32,000 bases of DNA from the NCBI RefSeq assembly GCF_000025125.1, contig NC_013771.1, positions 1,020,001 through 1,052,000 of the forward strand, given 5' to 3'. Source of the DNA: Candidatus Atelocyanobacterium thalassa isolate ALOHA (GTDB lineage: Bacteria; Cyanobacteriota; Cyanobacteriia; Cyanobacteriales; Microcystaceae). This document shows positions 1-7,634 of the stretch, one piece after another (positions within the stretch are counted from its first letter, which is position 1; each line of letters opens with the position of its first letter). The notes under the pieces are model-generated. The model was not told where the DNA came from. It searched no databases and saw only the letters and a program-made list of their open reading frames with translations. The translations under genes were made by a program, and so were the position numbers.

Positions 1-142
1 TAATTAGAAATTTTTTAATGATATTTGCTAACAATTCATCTTATTAAAGATACCTTTAAAGACAGGAGTGATGATTGTTAACAAGAGTAAAGTAACTTTT
101 AATGATACATTATTTTGAGATATATAAATTTACGATAATATC

Positions 143-1384
143 TTATTTTTTTTCAGTATCATGATCATACTGTACAGCTTTTGATATTGCAGATAATTGT
201 AAATAACTTGGATATTGACCTTTTTCTTTAATATACTTAATTTCATCATCAGAAATTGGCAAGTTATTATATGAAGCAATTTTTTTAACAATATCTCCTC
301 GATCAATTATTCCTATAACAGCATTAGCTAGAGAAAGGACGGTAATATAAGACTCCTCACTCTCTTCTAATTTATCAATTACTTTGATCAATAAAGTTTT
401 TTCTTCTACTGAAGATATGGTATTTAAAGGACGTACTATATCTTTTAATAAGTAATCTGAATTACTATTATTTTTTAAATCTTTTCTTAAGAGTAATCCT
501 CGATAACGTCCTTCTGAAGAAGCAAAGTAAGCTACTCCATGATCTTTTTGACTGTGATATTTTTGAATAAATTCAGACAAAGTTAGATTAGCATTAACAA
601 CACGAAAATTATGAGTCATAACATCCGTAGCTTTAATTTCTAAGAGACTTTTTTGTAATTGAGAAATACGAGCATAGTTATTTGCGTTACGCAAAACGAA
701 CCATCCGACAATTACTATCCAGAAACCGCCTAAAGAAGATGTTAATAAAATTACAAGGGAGCCTAAGGTGATGCCTAACCATCCTATTATTCTACCGCTT
801 ATAGATGCATAGAGAACTCCAGCAAAGTAATCGTCTTTTAATTTCCATATAATTGCTTTAACTATTTGCCCTCCATCCAAAGGTAGTCCTGGAATTAAAT
901 TAAAAATTCCTAGTACAAAATTTATTCTTATCATATCTTCCAACACATAAGACAATAAAGGATGTAAGAGATTATTTCCCTGCTGCGAAAGAATAATATG
1001 TTGGATAGCAAATAAAAAAGCTGACAATCCTAAACTAACTAGAGGACCAGCGATAGCTATCAAAAATGCCTCAATAGGTTTTTTTGATTCCTGCTCTATG
1101 GTCGCAACTCCACCAAATAAAAATAACGTAATGGATTTAACTTGAATTCCTTGACTATGGGCAACTAGACTATGACCTAGTTCATGAGATAAAACTGAAA
1201 CAAACAAAAATAGAGAAAGAAATAATCCTGTTAACCATTCTAGCCACAATGAATTGCCAGCAAGTCCCCTAATATTAATTTCTTGTATGTTAGATAAAGT
1301 AATTAATCCTAGAATTAAAAACCAAGAAGAATTTATATAGAAAGGAATGCCTAATAGAGAGCCGATTTTCCATTTTCCATCCAT
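143..1384 (-). CDS. M50 family site-2 metalloprotease with C-terminal CBS-like domains
   Basis: 413-aa ORF. It has an HExxH motif (SHELGHSLVA) in a hydrophobic segment and a second S2P motif (NLIPGLPLDGG). There are multiple TM helices. The soluble C-terminal half resembles a CBS pair (ATDVMTHNFRVV..., ITVLSLANAVIGIIDRGDI). Confidence 0.85.
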   Translation of the reverse strand: MDGKWKIGSLLGIPFYINSSWFLILGLITLSNIQEINIRGLAGNSLWLEWLTGLFLSLFLFVSVLSHELGHSLVAHSQGIQVKSITLFLFGGVATIEQESKKPIEAFLIAIAGPLVSLGLSAFLFAIQHIILSQQGNNLLHPLLSYVLEDMIRINFVLGIFNLIPGLPLDGGQIVKAIIWKLKDDYFAGVLYASISGRIIGWLGITLGSLVILLTSSLGGFWIVIVGWFVLRNANNYARISQLQKSLLEIKATDVMTHNFRVVNANLTLSEFIQKYHSQKDHGVAYFASSEGRYRGLLLRKDLKNNSNSDYLLKDIVRPLNTISSVEEKTLLIKVIDKLEESEESYITVLSLANAVIGIIDRGDIVKKIASYNNLPISDDEIKYIKEKGQYPSYLQLSAISKAVQYDHDTEKK

Positions 1385-1828
1385 GATTTAGAAGGTGTAA
1401 GAATTGATTTTTTGATTAGTATCTCAATAGATGTTTTTACTATACCGAATATTGAAATAGGATTCATCATTTAGTATCTTGATAAAAACATTTACAATAT
1501 TTGTCAACACTTATGAGATTTAGCTTATGTCCCATACTTTATTATTGTAAATATTACATATACAAAATATAGTAACTATTAATTATAGTATAACTAAAAT
1601 AGATGTTCAGGTATCTTGCTTTTACTGTTTTAGAATTTTTTGAACAGTGTAGCAATAGTTTCAGTCTACCGGTTCTTAGCAGTATAAAAACAAAGATTTC
1701 TCAACTAAAGAATTAAGAATATTAAAACTAAATAAATTTATAGTACTCTGAGTTAAATGAAATATATTTTAGTATTAGTATACTTATTAAATATAAGTAT
1801 TTTAAAATTATTCTACAGGATATAAAAA

Positions 1829-2869
1829 ATGACAGGAATGCAAACTTATGGCGATCCAGACGTTAAATATGGTTGGTGGGCTGGAAATTCGCGTTTGGCA
1901 GATTTATCTGGTAAATGGCTTGCTGCACATATAGCTCATGCAGCATTAATTATATTTTGGGCAGGAGCATTTTGCCTATTTGAAGTGACACATTATTCTC
2001 CTGATATTCCCATGGGAGAACAGAATCTTATTTTGATTCCTCATTTAGCCAGTTTAGGGATAGGCGTTGGTAAAGGTGGTCAAGTTATTGATACCTATCC
2101 ATATTTTCTTATTGGCATTATACATTTAATTTCTTCAGCTGTTTTAGGTGCAGGAGGTCTCTTTCACTCTTTAAAGGGACCAGCAATTTTAAAAGATAGC
2201 TCTTATCGTGCATCTAAATTTCATTTTGAGTGGAATGATCCAATTAAACTAGGATTTATTCTTGGTCATCATTTGATTATGCTGGGACTAGGAGCTTTTT
2301 TATTCGTTTTTTGGTGTTACTCGCATGGAATTTATGATCCCGTAATAGGAGAAGTAAGGAGTGTCATGTCTCCCACACTTAATCCAGTGACGATTTTTAC
2401 TTATCAAACTCATTTCGTTGATACTAATTCTTTAGAAGATTTAGTAGGTGGACATATTTATGTAGCTACTGCTTTAATTCTCGGTGGAATATGGCATATA
2501 TTTGTCCCTCCTTCAAAATGGGCTCAAAGTTTATTTATATTCTCTGGAGAAGGCCTATTATCTTATGCTTTAGGAGGTTTAGCTGTTTGTGGGTTTACAG
2601 CAGTAGCTTATTGTTCTCATAATACATTGGCTTATCCTGTAGAGTTTTATGGACCTCCTTTAGAACTAAAATTTAGTATTGCTCCTTATTTTGTAGATAG
2701 CATACAACTTTCTGATCGTTTATATAGTTCTCGTGCATGGCTAGCTAATTCACACTTCTTTCTAGCTTTTTTTATTTTACAAGGTCATTTATGGCATGCT
2801 TTAAGAGCTATCGGATTTAACTTTAAACGTGTACCAGAAGTTTCAAAAACATTAGGCACTAGAGTATAA
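1829..2869 (+). CDS. isiA: IsiA/Pcb (CP43') family chlorophyll-binding antenna protein
   Basis: The N-terminus [31 protein letters not shown] and the C-terminus [28 protein letters not shown] are typical of CP43-like proteins. At 346 aa it lacks the large lumenal loop E of PsbC. AGGA lies 8 nt upstream of ATG 1829. An alternative ATG at 1838 gives the canonical MQTYG start. Confidence 0.9.
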   Translation: MTGMQTYGDPDVKYGWWAGNSRLADLSGKWLAAHIAHAALIIFWAGAFCLFEVTHYSPDIPMGEQNLILIPHLASLGIGVGKGGQVIDTYPYFLIGIIHLISSAVLGAGGLFHSLKGPAILKDSSYRASKFHFEWNDPIKLGFILGHHLIMLGLGAFLFVFWCYSHGIYDPVIGEVRSVMSPTLNPVTIFTYQTHFVDTNSLEDLVGGHIYVATALILGGIWHIFVPPSKWAQSLFIFSGEGLLSYALGGLAVCGFTAVAYCSHNTLAYPVEFYGPPLELKFSIAPYFVDSIQLSDRLYSSRAWLANSHFFLAFFILQGHLWHALRAIGFNFKRVPEVSKTLGTRV

Positions 2870-2946
2870 GGACTCAAAATTCATCAAAACTTAGACATTA
2901 ACCATATATAGCGATGTATATAGTTCACGTTCAATAAAAAACCTTC

Positions 2947-2999
2947 TATAGAATTTGAGTAATATTAAAAAAGGTTTTTAATATTACTCAAATTCTATA
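2947..2999 (+). terminator. Perfect 25-bp hairpin (3-nt loop) downstream of isiA; probable intrinsic terminator or RNA-stability element
   Basis: tatagaatttgagtaatattaaaaa (2947-2971) is the exact reverse complement of tttttaatattactcaaattctata (2975-2999), with loop agg. It starts 78 nt after the isiA stop. The T-tail that follows is only weak (attcttaatttt). Confidence 0.5.
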
Positions 3000-3082
3000 A
3001 TTCTTAATTTTATAGATAACCTATTAAGTTTATAGGGATATAATTTTATATTTACTAGCTTATTAGATATTTTTGATAATAA

Positions 3083-3928
3083 TTGAATAAGCAGTTAATA
3101 AAAAAAATTGCAAGCAATATTGATAAATTAAAAAGTATGACCTACTCAGCATTTACATCTCTTGTTCTTAAAATTATTGGTATAGTTTTTATACTTAATT
3201 CTTTATTACATTATGCTATTTTAATTGTTCCTCTAGATTTAGATATACAATTACAGAATAATCTAATAAATTCTGTTGTTGATGAAGGCACTCTGCCATT
3301 AGTGGGCATAGGATTTGTATTAGTTGGTTATTTTATTGAGAGTTTAAATAATAAACAAAGTAATAAAAAATCAATATTTAATTTAGAGTTACCAACTTAT
3401 ATCTTAGCTAGCCTTTTAGGACTTATATTTTTATTGATAATCCCTGTACATTTGAATAATCAAAATACTATTAAAGTAGCAGCCTTAGAAAGAATTGAGC
3501 AAGGAGCAGTTCAAGGAGCTGAACAAATTAAACAATTTCTTACCCAAGTTGATACCTTGTCAAAAAACCCTGATCTTCTTAACGATCAAATAGTAAACCT
3601 TCGTAGTATTTTAGAAGCTAGACAAATTGAAGGAAAGCCTTTAGAAGCACAACAGCTAGAAACTCTCCAACAACAATACCAACAGCTAACAAGTTTGAGA
3701 GAATTAGCAAAAAATCCAGAAGAATATAAACAACGAACAACTGAGTTAAAGCAACAACTAGAAACTCAATTGAATCAAAATAGAGAAAAAGCTGAAAATC
3801 AGGCTAAAAAACAGTATACTACGCAAAATTTAAATGTTGGATTTAAGAGTTTAATGCTAGCTATTGCTTACAACATAATTGGCTGGATGGGATTAAGATC
3901 TACTATTAATAACTTTAAAAAGCCATAA
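3083..3928 (+). CDS. Membrane protein with C-terminal Gln-rich coiled coil, HpsJ-family-like
   Basis: The ORF starts at TTG 3083, but the first ATG at 3134 (MTYSAF...) is the more likely start. It has 2-4 TM helices (LKIIGIVFILNSLLHYAILIVP, LPLVGIGFVLVGYFIES). A coiled coil follows (QQLETLQQQYQQLTSLRELAKNPEEYKQRTTELKQQLETQL), then a final TM helix. The HpsJ family name comes from memory of similar cyanobacterial proteins and is not verified. Confidence 0.6.
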   Translation: MNKQLIKKIASNIDKLKSMTYSAFTSLVLKIIGIVFILNSLLHYAILIVPLDLDIQLQNNLINSVVDEGTLPLVGIGFVLVGYFIESLNNKQSNKKSIFNLELPTYILASLLGLIFLLIIPVHLNNQNTIKVAALERIEQGAVQGAEQIKQFLTQVDTLSKNPDLLNDQIVNLRSILEARQIEGKPLEAQQLETLQQQYQQLTSLRELAKNPEEYKQRTTELKQQLETQLNQNREKAENQAKKQYTTQNLNVGFKSLMLAIAYNIIGWMGLRSTINNFKKP

Positions 3929-3950
3929 GCTTAAAAAACTTAAATGTAGC

Positions 3951-3992
3951 AAAAAAGAGTAAGAAGTAATTTTTTACTTCTTACTCTTTTTT
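3951..3992. terminator. Bidirectional hairpin terminator between convergent genes (HpsJ-like / fabI)
   Basis: There is a perfect 19-bp stem: aaaaaagagtaagaagtaa (3951-3969) pairs with ttacttcttactctttttt (3974-3992), loop tttt. A/T runs flank both sides. Arm 2 overlaps the fabI stop codon (3991-3993). Confidence 0.6.
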
Positions 3993-4767
3993 ACATACCC
4001 ATGATTGTATATCCAGCATCTACATAAACTATTTGCCCTGTAATACCACTAGCCAGGTCACTACATAGAAAAGCAGCAGTATTACCGACCTCTAGTTGAG
4101 TTACTGTTCTCTTTAAAGGAGCGACCTTCTCTACATGATTAATCATATCCAAGATACCTCCTACTGCTGAAGATGCTAGTGTTCGCATCGGACCAGCTGA
4201 AATAGCATTAATTCGAATATTGTCTGGACCTAGCTCATTAGCCAAGTAACGAACACTCATTTCTAGACCAGCCTTAGCAATTCCCATTAAATTGTAATTA
4301 GGTATAACCTTAACTCCTCCCACGTAGGTTAAAGTTAATATACTACCCCCTTCATTCATTATCGGTTTAGCATATTTGACCATATTACCTAACGAAAAAG
4401 TACTAATATCGAGAGATTGATTGAAAACTTCACGAGATATATTACTATAATCTCCTTCTAATCCTTCTTTATCTGAAAATGCTAGACAATGAATTAATAT
4501 ATCTAGCTTTCCTAAGTTATTGGAAATATGATTAAATGTTTCTTGTATCTGTAATTCATCTTGAACATCACAAGGCAGAATAATAGTAGGTGAAATAGGT
4601 TTAACTACATCACGAACTTTTTTTTCGAAGCGCCCTTTTTCATCAGGTAAATATGTAACACAAATGTTCGCTCCAGCTTTATGAAGTTGTTGAGCAATTC
4701 CCCAAGCAATAGAGCGGTTATTAGCAATTCCCGTAATAAGAGCGTTTTTTCCAGATAGATCTAACAT
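3991..4767 (-). CDS. fabI: Enoyl-[acyl-carrier-protein] reductase (NADH), FabI
   Basis: 258 aa. It has an SDR fold with the cofactor motif TGIANNRSIAWGIA and the catalytic Y-x6-K (YNLMGIAKAGLE). The C-terminus ITGQIVYVDAGYTIMGM is typical of cyanobacterial FabI. Confidence 0.93.
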   Translation of the reverse strand: MLDLSGKNALITGIANNRSIAWGIAQQLHKAGANICVTYLPDEKGRFEKKVRDVVKPISPTIILPCDVQDELQIQETFNHISNNLGKLDILIHCLAFSDKEGLEGDYSNISREVFNQSLDISTFSLGNMVKYAKPIMNEGGSILTLTYVGGVKVIPNYNLMGIAKAGLEMSVRYLANELGPDNIRINAISAGPMRTLASSAVGGILDMINHVEKVAPLKRTVTQLEVGNTAAFLCSDLASGITGQIVYVDAGYTIMGM

Positions 4768-4804
4768 AGTTATCTAAATAATTAAACAAATTTTTCTCTA
4801 ACAT

Positions 4805-4829
4805 GCCACCATTTTTGAACAATGGTGGC
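4805..4829. other. GC-rich 9-bp hairpin in the fabI-ntcA divergent spacer
   Basis: gccaccatt (4805-4813) pairs with aatggtggc (4821-4829), loop tttgaac. It lies 38-62 nt upstream of the fabI start and 163-187 nt upstream of the ntcA start. Confidence 0.3.
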
Positions 4830-4991
4830 TATAATCATTCACAGGGTAAGAGATATATTATCCTGATAAAAACATTGTGAAGCAAAAAGTAGCAAAAATC
4901 TCTCAAGATGCTTTAAATTAAAATTTTTGTCGAGGATTAATATAATCTTAAATATTTTAACTTCCTTTGTTTTTTCATGTTCTATTAAAGT

Positions 4992-5672
4992 GTGATTGAA
5001 TTGTCTGTGCTACAAAATAAACCACTAACGGCTATTTTGCGTCATATTAATGGAGAGGATTACTCTTCGAATATTGAATTATTCGAACGAGGAAAAACTA
5101 TTTTTTTCCCTGGTGATCCAGCAGACAAAATATATTTTCTACTTAAAGGAGCTGTTAAGCTATCTCTTGTATATGAAGCAGGAGACGAGATTACTGTAGC
5201 TTTGTTGCGAGAAAATAGTGTTTTTGGGGTCTTTTCTTTAATTGCAGGACAAAAATCAGATCGTTTCTACCATGCTGTCGCTTTTTCTGCTGTGGAGCTA
5301 TTATCTGCTCCAACTAACAGAGTAGAAGAAGCTTTGAAAAATAACTCTGATTTGTCCATTTTAATGCTTAAAGGTTTATCCTCACGAATTCTACAAACAG
5401 AAATGATGATTGAAACTCTCGCTCATCGTGATATGGGATCTCGCTTAGTCAGTTTCTTGTTAATTTTATGCCGAGATTTTGGAGTTCCTGTATCTGATGG
5501 TATTCATATTGATTTAAAATTATCTCATCAGGCTATTGCAGAAGCTATTGGTTCTACTCGTGTTACCATAACTCGTCTTCTAGGAGATTTGCGTCAGCAA
5601 GGAATAATCTCCATCTATAAGAAAAAAATTACAGTTCACAATCCTATTAATCTTAGTCAACAATTTTCTTAA
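4992..5672 (+). CDS. ntcA: Global nitrogen regulator NtcA (CRP/FNR family)
   Basis: 226 aa with a GTG start. Blocks match cyanobacterial NtcA almost residue for residue: [67 protein letters not shown]. The HTH is [23 protein letters not shown]. Confidence 0.95.
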   Translation: MIELSVLQNKPLTAILRHINGEDYSSNIELFERGKTIFFPGDPADKIYFLLKGAVKLSLVYEAGDEITVALLRENSVFGVFSLIAGQKSDRFYHAVAFSAVELLSAPTNRVEEALKNNSDLSILMLKGLSSRILQTEMMIETLAHRDMGSRLVSFLLILCRDFGVPVSDGIHIDLKLSHQAIAEAIGSTRVTITRLLGDLRQQGIISIYKKKITVHNPINLSQQFS

Positions 5673-5696
5673 TATTGGTATTAATCTTAAAAGCGA

Positions 5697-7160
5697 ATGA
5701 CTAGCTCTTATATCTTAGTACTATCGATTCTCGTTTTAGGAGGCTTAATTGCAGCGTTAGGTGATCGATTGGGAAGTAAAGTTGGCAAAGCCCGACTTAC
5801 AATTGGCAATCTTCGCCCAAAACAAACAGCCATTGTAGTTACTGTTTTGACAGGAACACTCATAGCAGCTTCAACATTTAGTATTTTATTGATTTCTAGT
5901 AAATCTTTAAGAGAAGGACTTTTTCGACTTGATAAAATTCAAAAACAATTACGTATTGCCGAAGCTGATTTAGAAAGACTCGGTATTGATAAAAAGAATA
6001 CTGAAAAAGAGTTAAGAAAAGTTAAAAGTGAACAATATGCTGTCGAGAAAAAGTTAGAAATAACTATTAATAATTTTAATACAGCTAAGCAGCAACTCAA
6101 ATCAGCTTTTGATCAAGCTTTAAAGTTAAGAAGTGATATACAAACTCTTTTAAACGAGAGAAAGGAGCTTCGTCAAAGTAAAATAAATCTTGATAAGCAG
6201 ATTAAAAAGTTAAAACAGGAAATTAATAACCGAGATCAAGAACTAGGAAAAGGGAAAAAACAAATTATAGAACAAACTAAGATTTTAAATGAACGACAAA
6301 ACAGGTTACAAAGTTTGGAGAAACGTCAAAGTATCTTAAAAGAAGAAATTGACAGAAGAGACGCTGAAATTATTCAACTTGATCAAGATATCAATGGTAA
6401 AGATATTGCTCTCAAAAATAAGGAATCTCAACTCCAACAATTAGAAAAGAAATCGATGTATCTTCAAAGGCAGATGACTATCTTAGAGCAATATTATCAA
6501 ACTTATCAAGAATTACGAGAAAGAAAAATTGCTATTGTTAGAGGTCAAGTATTGTCTATTGGAGCAGTACGTCTTATAGTTTCTAAAGCTAATACGCAGC
6601 AGGTAGTAGATGAATTACTCAGACAAGCTAATAGAACTGTTATAGAGTTAATAGGGAAAAATACTATAGATTCAGACCACAGAGTAGTGAAAATTACCCA
6701 AAGCCAAGTTCAGCAATTAATTCAGGAGTTACGAGATAACAAAGAATATGTGGTTAGAATTATTGCTGCTGGCAATTATGTGCAAGGAGAAAAAGAAGTA
6801 AGAGTTTTTGCAGATGTTGCACTCAATCAAACAATTTTTAGGAAAGAAGAAACAATTTCTGTTATTTCAATTGATTCTTTAAAATTAACAGAAGAAGTGA
6901 TACAGCAAAAATTAGATTTATTATTATTATCGGCAACTCAATTTCATGCTCGTCGTTCAGGAGTCTTGGGTGGGATACAGGTAGCAGATGGAAGATTAAA
7001 AACTTTAGTAGACTTTATTGAAAGCATACGACAATCCCAAGTAGGGTTAGATAAACTTAAGGCAATTGCAATGCAAGACACAAAAACAATTGGCCCTTTA
7101 AAATTAAAACTTTTAGGGATAAAAGGAATAGATATAGTTTTAGAAACAAAAAGTAAATAA
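5697..7160 (+). CDS. DUF3084-like membrane-anchored coiled-coil protein
   Basis: 487 aa. It has an N-terminal TM helix plus GDRLGSKVGKARLTIGNLRPKQTA, then a second TM helix. About 250 aa of K/E/Q-rich coiled coil follow, then a globular C-terminus. The family name is from memory. The stop TAA overlaps the next ATG (TAATG at 7158-7162). Confidence 0.7.
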   Translation: MTSSYILVLSILVLGGLIAALGDRLGSKVGKARLTIGNLRPKQTAIVVTVLTGTLIAASTFSILLISSKSLREGLFRLDKIQKQLRIAEADLERLGIDKKNTEKELRKVKSEQYAVEKKLEITINNFNTAKQQLKSAFDQALKLRSDIQTLLNERKELRQSKINLDKQIKKLKQEINNRDQELGKGKKQIIEQTKILNERQNRLQSLEKRQSILKEEIDRRDAEIIQLDQDINGKDIALKNKESQLQQLEKKSMYLQRQMTILEQYYQTYQELRERKIAIVRGQVLSIGAVRLIVSKANTQQVVDELLRQANRTVIELIGKNTIDSDHRVVKITQSQVQQLIQELRDNKEYVVRIIAAGNYVQGEKEVRVFADVALNQTIFRKEETISVISIDSLKLTEEVIQQKLDLLLLSATQFHARRSGVLGGIQVADGRLKTLVDFIESIRQSQVGLDKLKAIAMQDTKTIGPLKLKLLGIKGIDIVLETKSK

Positions 7161-7581
7161 TGACTAAGAAAAAACCACTATTTATTCTGGGATTTGATCC
7201 TGGAAGAGATAAATGCGGAATTGCCGTCATTAGTGAAGATGGTAAGCTTTATTATCATGCAGTTATCACATCATACGATGTTGTTCGAGAAGTAAATTTC
7301 TTATATAAAAAATTTTTTTTAAAATATTAGTAATGGGAGGGCAAACAACTTCTAGAATTTGGAAAGAAAGTTTAGAAAAAAAATTATTATTTTCAATTCC
7401 TATTATTAAAATAGATGAAAGTAACAGTACTTTAGAAGCTCGTAATCGATATTGGCAAATGTATCCTCCAAAATCTATTTCACGTCTTATTCCTGAGAGT
7501 TTAAGAATTCCAACCCGTTCAATCGATGATATCGTTGCTATTCTCTTAGTAGAAAGATTTTTTCAAATTAATAAAAAGTAA
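7160..7581 (+). pseudogene. RuvC/YqgF-like (RNase H fold) putative nuclease, split into two frames at an A6T8 run
   Basis: Frame 1 runs from ATG 7160 to TAG 7328-7330 (56 aa: MTKKKPLFILGFDPGRDKCGIAVISEDGKLYYHAV...YKKFFLKY). It carries the N-terminal GxDPGxxKCGxAV catalytic-Asp motif. Frame 2 is open from 7309 (KIFFKILVMGGQTTS...EARNRYWQMYPP...IDDIVAILLVERF) to TAA 7579-7581. Adding one nt inside A6 (7307-7312) or T8 (7313-7320) fuses them into a protein of about 140 aa. Confidence 0.6.
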
Positions 7582-7582
7582 T

Positions 7583-7634
7583 AATAATCTATAGTAGATA
7601 AATATCATATTGCATTTATCTACTATAGATTATT
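7583..7634. terminator. Bidirectional hairpin terminator between the nuclease gene and alaS
   Basis: There is a perfect 21-bp stem: aataatctatagtagataaat (7583-7603) pairs with atttatctactatagattatt (7614-7634), with a 10-nt loop. It starts 2 nt after the + strand stop and overlaps the alaS stop codon (7630-7632). Confidence 0.6.

Noticed and set aside
1385-1828. Fur box upstream of isiA
   Set aside because: I hand-aligned the 19-bp consensus GATAATGATAATCATTATC to the best AT-rich candidates (around 1415-1433 and 1460-1480). These gave only about 8-10 of 19 matches, which is indistinguishable from background in this composition.
1829-2869. Possibility that this gene is psbC (CP43)
   Set aside because: At 346 aa the protein lacks the large lumenal E loop that makes PsbC about 460 aa. 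The N-terminal MQTYG...YGWWAGN block is the IsiA/Pcb type.
2937-2999. H-type pseudoknot formed by A-B-A'-B' complementarity around the isiA hairpin
   Set aside because: The topology is formally that of a pseudoknot. However, connecting loops of 1, 4 and 0 nt cannot span a 20-bp second stem. Mutually exclusive alternative hairpins are the realistic reading.
4768-4991. Canonical NtcA boxes (GTA-N8-TAC) upstream of ntcA and in the other spacers
   Set aside because: Scanning the intergenic regions by eye found none with N8 spacing. The closest is GTA-N9-TAC at 1611-1625. A proper position-weight-matrix scan is needed before claiming any site.
7307-7332. Confident claim of programmed -1 ribosomal frameshifting in the nuclease gene
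   Set aside because: The heptamer is perfect, but there is no visible downstream stem-loop or pseudoknot and no upstream SD-like stimulator. An 8-T/6-A homopolymer junction is also a classic site of sequencing error or mutational decay. I kept it only as one of three hypotheses.
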